Positions 47,715-58,467 of a stretch of 64,000 nucleotides of DNA are shown here, piece after piece. How positions within the stretch are numbered: the first letter of the stretch is position 1; each line of letters starts with the position of its first letter. The stretch comes from Monocercomonoides exilis PA203 (lineage: Eukaryota > Protista > Preaxostyla). The stretch is taken from positions 620,001 to 684,000 of the forward strand of contig LSRY02000030.1 in assembly GCA_001643675.2 (NCBI GenBank), in the 5' to 3' direction. The translations under genes were made by a program, and so were the position numbers. The notes under the pieces were generated by a model, which was not told the DNA's origin, ran no database searches, and was given only the letters and a program-made list of their open reading frames with translations.

Positions 47715-50441
47715 TTGTCCAGTTTGAAATACACTGTGAAACACCATCAGGAAAAGGTTCACTTGTTTCTTTTCTTTTTTTTAATATTTCCCATTTTAAA
47801 TTTCAAAGTTTACAAACACCCCAAGAAATATAACGAATTCATATCAAAGTTGTCATTTGAAATTGTTGGAGGTGAGTTGTGGATATCTTATGTAATTGTG
47901 AACATTGATGGTTCTCCAAAAAAAGATTGTCATAAGTACTATATCTGCCCAAACAGCAAGGAAGGTTATGCTTGTGGAGTATCAGGGCGAAAAACTTATT
48001 CTTCAATTGTTAATCATAATTGCAGTTTACTAAATATTTCTTGTATTTCATCTTTCAAAAAGCAACTTGATTTTCAACCAAAGCCAAAAATTGTATCAGA
48101 GAAAAAGCTGGATGGATCCGTATCAAAAAGTCAATTACAAGAGTATTTTGCATCATTTGTGAGTCGGAGCAATATTTCTTTTTTATCATGTTCATCGAAG
48201 GAAGCAAACACTTTTTTTTCATCACTAATTAAAGCAGGTCAAGAAAATCCATCAAAATCTCCGCAATCCATTTTCCCCTCTTTAACTCGTTGTTCAGTGT
48301 CAGAAATCATGATGAAAGAACAAATCAGAAAAAAGGAAGAAAATATCAATAAAATCACCAATACAGGAATTTGTCTCATGATGGATGGAGCAAATGTTGC
48401 TGGCAATCAGTACACTGTTGTTACAGTTTCACAGTTGAACATCAATTCAATACCATTTTTCTGGGGTTTATATGAATCCTGCGGATCAACATCAGAATAC
48501 GAGAAATTGATTTATTCATTAGTATTGGAATTTCAAAAGCATGACGCTGTGGTGAGGAGCATTTGCACAGATGGGTGTGCGTCTCAAAAGAAAGCAATTG
48601 AACAATTATCAACAAAAAATTCCTTTCAATCAGTTGCAGTTGATTCAGTTTTATCAATAAATCCGGTATTTATATACTGTTGCAATCATCTGACGAATTT
48701 GGTGATTTATCATTCATTCAGCAAAGTTCAATTTTTACGTGATTTAAAAAGACAAATACTGGAATTCGCTCAGCAAGCAAATTTAAAGAAAACCAAACAT
48801 CTTTTCAAAAAAAGAATACCAACATTTATTTCCACGAGATGGCAAAGTCTGTATGAATTGTGCTCATTTATAAGAAAAAATCGAGAAGTAATCCTAAAAG
48901 AAAATCTACTGAATGATGGAACATTGTGTAATATCATGAAAGCGGAAGTGTTTCTTTTCCCTCTTCACCTTTTGCAATTAAAATTCGAAAGTGATAAAAC
49001 AAAACTATCTTTTGTTTTCCCTTTATTGCTTGAAGCATTTGGATATTTGTTTTTTTTGACTGAACATCCCTTATTTTCTGTTAATGAATGGCACAATGCG
49101 ATTGTCAACGTGATCGTGTATTTGTATAACTATTTTTTCACTGGTAATAGAGGCATCACAATACCGTTATCATTTGCATTTACTCCAATTGGTTTTCAAC
49201 TTTACAGAAGAGGAGAATTTACATCGCTTTATTTCAATTCACCAAAATGCTTTACTGAAAAATGCAATGACATTTCAAAGTCAAATGATTCATATACAAA
49301 ACATCACACTTTTTCATTTCTCTTTTCATCAACAACAGCTTGTCACTCGGAAGCTCAATCATTTCATGCTTCTTCTGAAAAAGATGACCAATTTTCTCAA
49401 TTCAATTCTTCAATGATCAAAACAAAGGTTTCATTGTTGGCAAATGACATCCAAGAAGGGGCAATGAAAAGATTGAATGAAAAACAATTTGATGGAGATG
49501 TCAACATTTTTTCACATTTTGGATCATCAATGGAAAATGATAATGATGAAGAAGAAAGCCACAAAACCTCAAATCACGATGAATTTTCTTCTATTCTTGA
49601 GCTGATAACGGAAATCGAAAAAGAAAATTATATCATTCAAAAAGACATAGCAGGCAATGAAGAAGGATCGGATTCGCTCAGTGAAGAAGATGAATATGGA
49701 TTATTTCTAGCGGAAGAAAATGATGAAGGCGATGAGTACGTTCCAAGGACATGTGAAATCTTATCATCTGAAACTCCATTATCTTCTTCATATTCATCTT
49801 GTTCAGCTTCAATATCTCTTTCCACACACCCATCAGCAACATCATCATTCAGTTCATTTGAAAGAAGTCATGCAATATCTTCAGAAAGGCAAGTTGAACA
49901 AACTCGTGTTCAACGAAACAAAAAAAATGAAAACAGTGAACGTTTTGATGATGAATGCTACAATTTTGAGTTCAACGATGAAAACGAATGCGATACAGAT
50001 GTTGAAGAATTATTTTCTACAGGAAAAATTCAGATTTGTTGTGATATGAACGTATTTAAAGAAAAGGAATTGTTGAAAAAGGTTGAAAATTCAATCAAAA
50101 AGGACTGGGGGCCACGCCTGTTTGATTCCTTTATGAAATATTCCAAAACAGCGTTGCAAATGCTGGATGAAAATGCTATTCAAAATTTGAACTTACTATT
50201 TCAAAGACAAATGCATTCCTGCCCTGAACAAGTCTTTGAAGAAGATCCCGAGGTTTATTACAAAGCCTTCGCTTCATATGGTGACATTCCAATCCTGTTT
50301 TCCGGATTATGCTTGACTTTAATAGATTCTCCTTGCAGCGAGGCCAGCTGTGAAAGAATTATCTCAAGGATGCGTTTCATATTGGGAGATAAAAGACATT
50401 CGATATGTGCAAAGACATTGGACGCACTGTTGAAAATGTAG
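47715..50441 (+). CDS. hAT-family transposase (true 5' end probably spliced; candidate intron 47757-47808)
   Basis: CLMMDG (D), ICTDG (D), YCCNHLTNL (CxxH), STRWQS, and PCSEASCERIISRMRFILGDKRHSI (catalytic E and hAT C-terminal dimerisation domain). No internal stops. Confidence 0.9.
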   Translation: MSSLKYTVKHHQEKVHLFLFFFLIFPILNFKVYKHPKKYNEFISKLSFEIVGGELWISYVIVNIDGSPKKDCHKYYICPNSKEGYACGVSGRKTYSSIVNHNCSLLNISCISSFKKQLDFQPKPKIVSEKKLDGSVSKSQLQEYFASFVSRSNISFLSCSSKEANTFFSSLIKAGQENPSKSPQSIFPSLTRCSVSEIMMKEQIRKKEENINKITNTGICLMMDGANVAGNQYTVVTVSQLNINSIPFFWGLYESCGSTSEYEKLIYSLVLEFQKHDAVVRSICTDGCASQKKAIEQLSTKNSFQSVAVDSVLSINPVFIYCCNHLTNLVIYHSFSKVQFLRDLKRQILEFAQQANLKKTKHLFKKRIPTFISTRWQSLYELCSFIRKNREVILKENLLNDGTLCNIMKAEVFLFPLHLLQLKFESDKTKLSFVFPLLLEAFGYLFFLTEHPLFSVNEWHNAIVNVIVYLYNYFFTGNRGITIPLSFAFTPIGFQLYRRGEFTSLYFNSPKCFTEKCNDISKSNDSYTKHHTFSFLFSSTTACHSEAQSFHASSEKDDQFSQFNSSMIKTKVSLLANDIQEGAMKRLNEKQFDGDVNIFSHFGSSMENDNDEEESHKTSNHDEFSSILELITEIEKENYIIQKDIAGNEEGSDSLSEEDEYGLFLAEENDEGDEYVPRTCEILSSETPLSSSYSSCSASISLSTHPSATSSFSSFERSHAISSERQVEQTRVQRNKKNENSERFDDECYNFEFNDENECDTDVEELFSTGKIQICCDMNVFKEKELLKKVENSIKKDWGPRLFDSFMKYSKTALQMLDENAIQNLNLLFQRQMHSCPEQVFEEDPEVYYKAFASYGDIPILFSGLCLTLIDSPCSEASCERIISRMRFILGDKRHSICAKTLDALLKM

Positions 50442-52165
50442 GTCTGTATTTCTTGTTTGCATACATCAACATTTCAAATAAATTTAAATGCATTTCATTT
50501 TATATCAAAACGAAGACGAATGAGGAATAATACGAGCTATTCATTTATTAATCTTTTGAAACACTGAAATGAACGAAGGAAATATTTTGAAAACTGTGGA
50601 ATGAATAATTTCATATCGTTTCGTTTCTTTTATCACATTCACATATTACAAATTTCAGGGTTTTTTCTTTACCTTTTTTTTAAATTCACCTATAAAGTTT
50701 TTCTCATTTCATACACTTTGGATAAAGTGTTTTCACAAAAAATGCACTATCAAAGGCAGATGATGCAAATAAGATGTACCAGCAGATGGTGGCAGTCTGA
50801 TTGTTCAGCTGTGGCGAGTCGATATTTGTCATAGAGCAGTTGGTGATGGAGAAAAATAAGGCAGGGAAGGTGGTGGAGGAGAGGATACAGTTGGCGGAGG
50901 TGGATGAAGAAGTTATGTAGGTGATGGCGGTTGTGCTGAGATTGATGGAAGGAGACTGATCGGAAAGGCGGAAAAGAATAAAGATCACAGTAATAAAACT
51001 TTTGTAGAATATATCTATTATCAGAAACTTAATAGAAAATAAAGATGAAAATGAAATAGAAGCAGAAAAAGACGGAGAAGAAGAAGAAGAAGGAGGAGGA
51101 GGAGGAGGAGGAGGAGAAGAAGAAGAGGAATATGAAGGTGATGATGATGATGATAATTGATCAAATAGAGATTCAGCTTCGTCTGTTGAGAGATAAAGCA
51201 TATCAGAAAAATCTTCATCCATTTCGCCTTCTTCCATATCTCCTTCTGCTGACATACTATTCGATGGGAAGAAGAAGATGGCGAAGAAGAAGGTGAAGAA
51301 GAAATGGAAGGAAACGAGGTTTAGGAAGAAGAAGGAATAAATGAAATATAAGTTGGAGAACAAAAATGAACATTGAGAAGAGGCGAAAGATTTTGCATGC
51401 CATTTAATGAAGAGAGTGAAGAAATGGAAGAGAGAGAAAAGGAAAAAGCAGAAGGAGATTAAGATCAAATAGCAATTGATTCTTCCTCCATCTTCTCATC
51501 TCCCTCATTCAGTATCTTCAATATCTTATTCCCAACCAATCTCTTAAAGAAACTTGGCGAGCCAGCTCTTTCTTCATATTCTGCAACATGCCCGCGCCGC
51601 TTCTTGCCTTTTGTTGTTCTGCTTTCTCCAGCTCCAGCCGTTGCATCTCCAGAACATCCTCGGCTGAGAAAGGCATTTCACCTTGAGTATCGTTTCAAAG
51701 AATGTTTTTATTAAGAAAGCAAAGAGATTCGTTGAATTGGCATGTTTATTACCAGAAATAACAAACAAAATTGAATGAAGAACGTTAAATTAAAACTTTT
51801 TTAGAAAACATTTTTTATCACAGGTTTATTAAAAATATTTAAAAAAAGAAATGCCAAAATGTTTGCTTATTAAATAATTGTTATGAACATTATCACGAAA
51901 GTTATTGAACAATGAGAATAAATAAGTCTGGAAATGAAGCAAACTTTGCAAACATCGATGCAGCATTGGTATATCTATAACTAAATAATGTTCAATTATT
52001 TGAACTTTTTGGACTCTCATCCGAATGGTTGAATAGAACTGTGGTCTGACAGAGGAAGTTGCCTTGTTCCTCCCTCTTAACGTCCTCTCTCTGTTTCGTT
52101 ACCAAACTTGTTATCTTTTGAGCAGTCCCAGAAAAATACGTGTGATGATTGGTTCTGTTTGCTCT

Positions 52166-53467
52166 TCAAGTCAGTTGCGCATGTAATAAAATTGCAACTT
52201 CAGTGAAGAGTGGCGTTGCGCGAGTGAGCTCCAGTGAGTTGGTTGTGGTTGTTACCATCTTTCTGTCAAGAAACAGAATGAAGTGTAATGGCTGAGAACA
52301 AAAAAGTGATGATGAGGAAAGTGATGATGTTGATTGTGATTGTAAATGTGAGTTTGATGGTTGAGGGATGCCACTGGAGGCGATGATGGTGGCAGTTGCA
52401 TCGTTGCCTGTAATCATTATATTTGGGGCACGGAATATGAGAGTCTTTAAGGGAGTGAAGGTTGAGGCGAGGAGCGTGAGGGAATTGTCTTGATCATCTG
52501 TCAAACATTCAAGAGCATACTCGATTGTGGCGCATGGCCTAAGATGTGTTACTCCGCAGACATCACCATCTGTTCCGTTGCTTGCAATGATTTTGTAAGT
52601 AGTAATGAGAGGAAGCCAGCCATTATATATTTCGCTATCAGCTGTTCCATAGATCCATACTCTGTTCGTTGGAGTGGTTGAGCCACATTGCTGGAAAGGA
52701 GATTGGGTGATTGCATTGCCATTGAAGAACAAATCATTCCCCCTGCCGTTTGTTGCAGTGTTGCCATCAAAGAAACAGAATGTGATGAATTTATTTCCTC
52801 TCATCCAGGAATAAGTGGCTGAACAGCAAAGCGCAGCTCCTCCCCATGAAGTTGAAGTTGATATCAATTTGTTATTTATAATCTGGCAATCATTAACAAA
52901 AAATTGATTTGGCTTATTTACAGGAGGATCATTGAATGTGAGAGAACCAGCAGAATCACCACCAGAATTTGAAATGCACTTGCATTTGGTGAATAAGAAT
53001 TTACCATTTGATGGAAAATCACCAATCCAGAAATACCAACCAGTTCCACACCAGCCAGATATTGAACAACTTTCCACTCTGTTATCTGAGAATGAATAAA
53101 CAGAATTTGATTGTGACCAGCCAACATGAGAAACTCCTCCATTAGCTGCAGAACAACTTGTGAAATTGGATTTAACAATGTTAACATTTAACAAATATAT
53201 GCAATAGAACGCTCCACCATGATTATCATTTGAATAATTGAAAAGCGAGCAAGAAGTGATTGTGATACTTGCATATGCGCAAGCAATTTTAAGAGTACCA
53301 CCTTGATCTCCTGTGCAATTTGAATCATTCCACTCGTACCTTTCAAAGAGATGATTGTTCCTATCAAAAGTGGCCAATCTTAGTGTTTTTCTTTGAGATT
53401 CTGTTCCAACATACACAGCAGGTGTATTAGAAGTAGATCGATAAAGAAAAAGAAGTTGGTTGCACAA
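52166..53467 (-). CDS. Beta-helix surface-protein-like cargo ORF (433 aa; 5' end frameshifted or truncated)
   Basis: GGTLKI, HGGAFYC, FTSCSAANGG, WGGAALC, GNTATNGRGNDLFF, and the GTDGDVCGVTHLRPCATIEYAL module. Lies inside the hAT TIRs. Confidence 0.75.
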   Translation of the reverse strand: MCNQLLFLYRSTSNTPAVYVGTESQRKTLRLATFDRNNHLFERYEWNDSNCTGDQGGTLKIACAYASITITSCSLFNYSNDNHGGAFYCIYLLNVNIVKSNFTSCSAANGGVSHVGWSQSNSVYSFSDNRVESCSISGWCGTGWYFWIGDFPSNGKFLFTKCKCISNSGGDSAGSLTFNDPPVNKPNQFFVNDCQIINNKLISTSTSWGGAALCCSATYSWMRGNKFITFCFFDGNTATNGRGNDLFFNGNAITQSPFQQCGSTTPTNRVWIYGTADSEIYNGWLPLITTYKIIASNGTDGDVCGVTHLRPCATIEYALECLTDDQDNSLTLLASTFTPLKTLIFRAPNIMITGNDATATIIASSGIPQPSNSHLQSQSTSSLSSSSLFCSQPLHFILFLDRKMVTTTTNSLELTRATPLFTEVAILLHAQLT

Positions 53468-53947
53468 ACGAGCAGAAAGAAAGAATGAAGTGGTGTAGAG
53501 GGAGAAATAGATACGGAGTAGAAGATGAAAAATACATTGAAAAAGATTATCTTAAAGAAAATACAAAGAATAATTAAATTGAAGAAGCACTTAGCGTTAA
53601 CAAAAAACCGTCTGCATTACAGAAATATATGAATGAATTATATCGTTGAAATATTTTATTAAATCGATTGAAAAATGAAAAATGAAAGGAATTTCAAAGG
53701 TTTCAAACTGTTGAAGAAATAAATAGCATATATATGTCTGATAAAAAAATAATGTGAAAGAACAAAATACACATTGTTGCACAATCAATGCAAAACGAAT
53801 CTTAATAAAGAACAATTCATTCGAAAATTCAAACTGAAATAAATTTATGGGATATGAGAAAAAATCAATTTTTGATAAACTCAAAAATGAAAAAAACAAA
53901 TAAAGTTCAAAAAATAAAAACTCACATAAAAATAATAATTCACTCTT

Positions 53948-53948
<1 letters not shown>

Positions 53949-53995
<47 letters not shown>
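53949..53995 (+). repeat. Poly-A tract near the hAT right end
   Basis: Homopolymer visible directly. Confidence 0.9.
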
Positions 53996-53996
<1 letters not shown>

Positions 53997-54299
53997 ACTG
54001 GAAAACTACTGACGGACGTGAAAAATTTTTTTCAACACGTCATACAGGTTTAAATGGAAATAATGAAATTGCAATGAAATTTTCAATCAGATAAATATGA
54101 TTATTCAAAAATTGTTAAAAGGAAAACTGTTGTTAAAATCATCAATAATAATAAAATGATATTATTTTCATCTGTTATCAAATAAACTATTTTTGGTTGT
54201 TGTTTTCGGTTCTATCAAATGTTTTTTCTTTGCGATTCTTAAAGATAAAATTTGATCATAAATATTATTGAAAAATACGAAAAGAAAACGCAAAGTTAA

Positions 54300-56260
54300 A
54301 AGCAATGCAATTCATGAAGTTTAACTTCAGATGAATCAAATGCTTCTTCAGCATATTTTCGAAGTCTTCACAAGAAATCCGCACCTTTTCTCCTCTTCTT
54401 TCTCAAACGACATCTCCAATAATTCTTCTTCCACTTCCTCCTTTTTTGTGTAACCTTCTGTTATCTGACTGATAACATCTGCTATTGCTTTGATGCACTT
54501 GCTGCTATTAAACAATTTTTTATCTTCCATATTCACTGACAGCTCTGCGTCAATTGATGATTAATATTCTTCTGACTTGTCATTTGAGACAGAAGTTAGA
54601 CAGCTTTTGGTTCACCTACCACTTGCTAAGCTTAAAATACAACCAGCTACACCAACAATGAAACTCATGTTGCAGCTGGAAATTTGGGGATGTGGAAAGA
54701 TTATTTTTCAGGTAGATATTATACAGGTTTGAAAGGCGGATCCTGAGCGACTTCGAAATGCAATAAAAAATGGCATGCAGTTTGTTTTCATAAATACAGC
54801 GTGAAGGCAGCAGCGATGTTCAATGAAGAAAATTAATTTTTGAATGTTCACAGAATTGGAGAGGAGATGATTGGTGCGTGAAGATAGCAGAAGTTGGAGG
54901 AGGTAAAGCAAAGCTGGAAATGAAAAACTACACGAAGGACAGAGGAGGTTGAGTTGCAATCGAGATGGCATCAGAAACAGTCCTTGTTTCAAATGACTTG
55001 TTCTTTGAGAACTGTTCTGCATAGGTTGGGGAATGGCAAAATGCAGAGCCATGGCTTGAATGGCGAAGTATTCTTGGAGGCAGCAGATTCCTCCAGACAG
55101 TTTGCCCTTGTTTAGGTGGTATTTTCTTATGCGATGCGAAGAACAAAAAGAAATTGACATTGGACAGTATGCTGCAAGCTGTAGTTGGTACATTCCATTT
55201 TAACAAGATCTTTAGCAGCATAAATTTGTGCTTTTTCGATGAACTCAAAGCATTCGAGCTGGTGACAGCCTGCCTCTTACACCCCATTCCCCTTACAATG
55301 TATTTCTTGGCATTTACGGTGAGCAAGGCGTTTACCGACGAAGACACAGGTTTGGACTTCAGCGCATGCAGGCACTTGGATACTCTCTGAACATCGATCC
55401 TTCATTCGATTTTGAAAGAAGTTACAGCTGCTAATATGAGCAAGCATGCTCTCCCAGGAAATATGTTTCCGAACAACAGACAAAGTCAATGGGATATGTG
55501 TTAACTACTATCAGCTTGAAAACAAACATTTCATCACATTTTCCATCTATCCATTCCACTTCACCTTGAACGACTTCTTTGTGAGAAAGAATATATTTCT
55601 TCTGTTCTCCAGCATTTCTGCAGAAATCAACGAATTCTTCTTTTCCCTCAACTTCGCCAAATCATCTTTCTCCCAAATACCTTCATCTGCGGATTCATCT
55701 CCTCCCATTCCTGCTTCAAACTCAATCCAAACTTCCGCTCCTTCATTTCCTTCTTCCACTTTCCTTTGATATTCATCAACCAAGACACGTGCATCAACAA
55801 CATCCGAATTGGATTGTTTTCAAAAAATCTTGTTTGGGTTCATTTCGCAAACATCAGCTCGCAAATGCTGTATTTCTCAGCGACTGTATCTTCACAAACT
55901 TCTATTTCCTTTTATTCATTGATAAATCTGTATGCATTTCAATCTACTGCCTTCTTGAATATCTTCTGAATGTTTTTTCGTCTCTTTATTTTGGAACCAA
56001 AGGGCATATCATCTACAACTTCGTTCTTCTGTGCTTTTCCAACTTCCTGCACCTTTCTTTTCCATATCAACCTCTCCGCTCTTAATGCTGCCTCATCCGT
56101 GTTTGCGTTCGATGATAGCTCTTGCGACTCTATCGAGCATCTCATCTCTGCAGATCTCTTCGTTGCAACTGACAGCACTGTTCTTCCAAACCCCTTCTGC
56201 TATTCCCCTTCTTCTTCTTCTTTTTTCTCGGTGAAATCGACCAGAGGGCTTCTTCATCGT
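54300..56260 (+). pseudogene. Decayed surface-protein fragment; inverted paralog of 6500-8400
   Basis: Shared blocks include gacagcttttggttca, ttggacttcagcgcat and AEINEFFFSLNF vs AQINESLLSIDF. Confidence 0.7.
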
Positions 56261-56806
56261 CACTATCTCCTTCTTTTGCCCCGATCCTCCTCATCCTCCT
56301 CTTTCGTCTTCTTCTTCTTCTTCTTCTTCTTCTTCTTCTCCTTCTCCTTCTTCTCCTTCTTCTCCTTCTTCTCCTTCTTCTCCTTCTGCTTCTAATTCAT
56401 TTTTTTATTTGATACCTTTATTTGCTCTTCTTTTATCAATTTGATATGAATCTTGGCATTTCCATATTTCTTTTATATCTTCAACCGAGATGAGTATTGG
56501 CTAACAGAAAAAAAGAACATTTTCGAAAGTGTTAAAAAATGTTATTATTTTTTTTTTCTTTGGTTTATTGAAGAAGAGGTGGTTTTCATGAAATTGGGAT
56601 AATTGGATAAACATTTGATAGAAAGATGAGTTGACAGATTATTTCGCTGAAAAGAAGAATCTGTTAAAGAAAAAGAAATTAAGAGAAAGATAGATTTTAT
56701 GGCAACTGAATTTTTCCTCCACACAAATGTTTGAAGCATTTTAATGAAATTTCTTTTTGAATATTATTAATCCAAAAATGTTTATCTCTCTCGAAATTAC
56801 TTATCC

Positions 56807-57014
56807 TATATGGGACGAAATTTTTTGATTAATGAATTTAGTTCCGTACAGTTCTTTCATAGATTTTTCTCAATTTTTTTTTATTTTCTTCATAATTATG
56901 CATGGGAATGTTAGACTTATTATTATTCGATGACAAATAAGTTTGGTACATATAGTTGTGTTTTTTATAAATGCAAATATTTTGCTTCAAATGCAGAAAT
57001 TCTGTCCCATATTT
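56807..57014. mobile_element. Possible ~200-bp MITE
   Basis: ATATGGGACGAAATTT / AAATTCTGTCCCATAT form an inverted pair. Confidence 0.4.
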
Positions 57015-57180
57015 ATTTATTTATTTATTATTATTTATTTTTCATTTTTCATGAAGTGAATAAATGACTTTGACAAAATAACTCAATTGCTCGCTCAATA
57101 GCGAAATGAACACAAAAAAGAAAAAAAGAAAATCTGGAGTTACAAAATTCAATGCATTTTCTCAAACTCTCACAAAATAA

Positions 57181-58467
57181 TCAGAAATATTCAAAAATAA
57201 ATGTGCACGGTATAATCCGAGGAAGGTCTTGAGATACTTCGTGAAAGCTAGTTATGATATCTTCCAATCCCTCTTCTTCCATCTTTTCAAGCAACTTCAT
57301 TATGATTACTTGTCTTTTCGCTTCTTTCCTTTCAAACATGTTCTTAACTTTTATTTCCTCCGAAATTGAATAAAAAAAACCAAAGATTTCAAATGTCATT
57401 CTGTTATTCAACGTTGGCCTATGAATCTCCTCCAAAACAGAATCAATAGCTCTGCTCTTCAGCAAGCAATCAGCACTAAAGGCTCCTTTTTTTGTGGATA
57501 TTCTTAATGAATGAATGCATTTATTGCATATTTCTCTGTGATTATCCTTTGCTGCTTGAAATACTTTTATGACACTTCTGAAAAGTGAAATATATTCTTC
57601 GTTCCTCGAATTGCAACAGTGAAAATAATGGTCTTCAACTTCAAGCCATCGCTTTAAAATTAGTTCTTCTTTCTTTTCTTTTTCTTTTTCCTCTTCTTTC
57701 TCTCTCTTCCTATTCACACATTCCATCAGCTCTTCCTGTTCTCTTCCTGCTTCTCTCGCAAAATGTAGCTCATTCATGATGACTTCTTCCAATCTTTTGT
57801 CGAAATTGAATCTGTTCATCAAAAATTGCCAAGCTGATTGATATGCAAGCCACGTCAGATTGTGACGCTCTTGATGATATAGGATGATTTCTTTGATTGC
57901 ATTAAAATATATTTCTTTGCCTATTTCCTATGTGAAAAGAATGAAAAATAAATCAATGATGATAAAAACGGAAATTGAAATTCAAACATCAAATTCGTTA
58001 ACATTACTCAAAGCCAACAATGCCATTTCCACTTCTTCTTTAGTCTCCTCATTTTCCTCTTTGTTCAACGCGGCTTTCAAAAGACAAGGCACACAAATTG
58101 AAAGCATTTCAGGCGATATGCAATAATTTAGCAAAATATCGCATTCGCAAAGGTTAACAAGTAATTTTTCGTTCTTTTCATCTTTTTTCTTTTCTTCTTC
58201 AATTATCATCTTTTCTAGTCTTTTGCACAATGAAGATATTTCAAAGCATCGATTTAATGCATTTTCCAGCGCTTTTCGATTTCCAAAATGCTTCAATATC
58301 TCAATGGCATTTTCAATCGTCAGTTTCTTTTCTTCAATCTTTTCATGAATTTTGTTGAATATTTCAACATCAAAAACAAAAAATAATTCATCATCATTCA
58401 TTTCATCAATCGTTTCATTTATTTCAATGATTGCTTGTTTCGGATTTAATTCAGCAGAATTCATCAA
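57181..58467 (-). CDS. Helical-family gene, apparently intact, with a 60-nt intron (57928-57987); small upstream exon likely
   Basis: Splicing GTTTGA..CACATAG joins ..NVNEFD to EIGKEIYFNAIKEIILYHQERHNLTWLAYQSAWQFLMNR, in frame with ORF 57181..57822. Confidence 0.8.

Larger units (their letters stand above)
47217..54052 (+). mobile_element. 6.8-kb putatively autonomous hAT transposon with cargo
   Basis: TIRs TAAACCTGTCTGACGTG and CACGTCATACAGGTTTA. Perfect 8-bp TSD AATGGAAA (47209-16, 54053-60). TGACGT subterminal repeats. Transposase ORF inside. Confidence 0.92.

Noticed and set aside
47109-53995. Poly-T (47109-47142) and poly-A (53949-53995) as retrocopy tails of the cargo genes
   Set aside because: Both lie at the 5' side of the minus-strand cargo, not at the 3' end, and have no TSD of their own.
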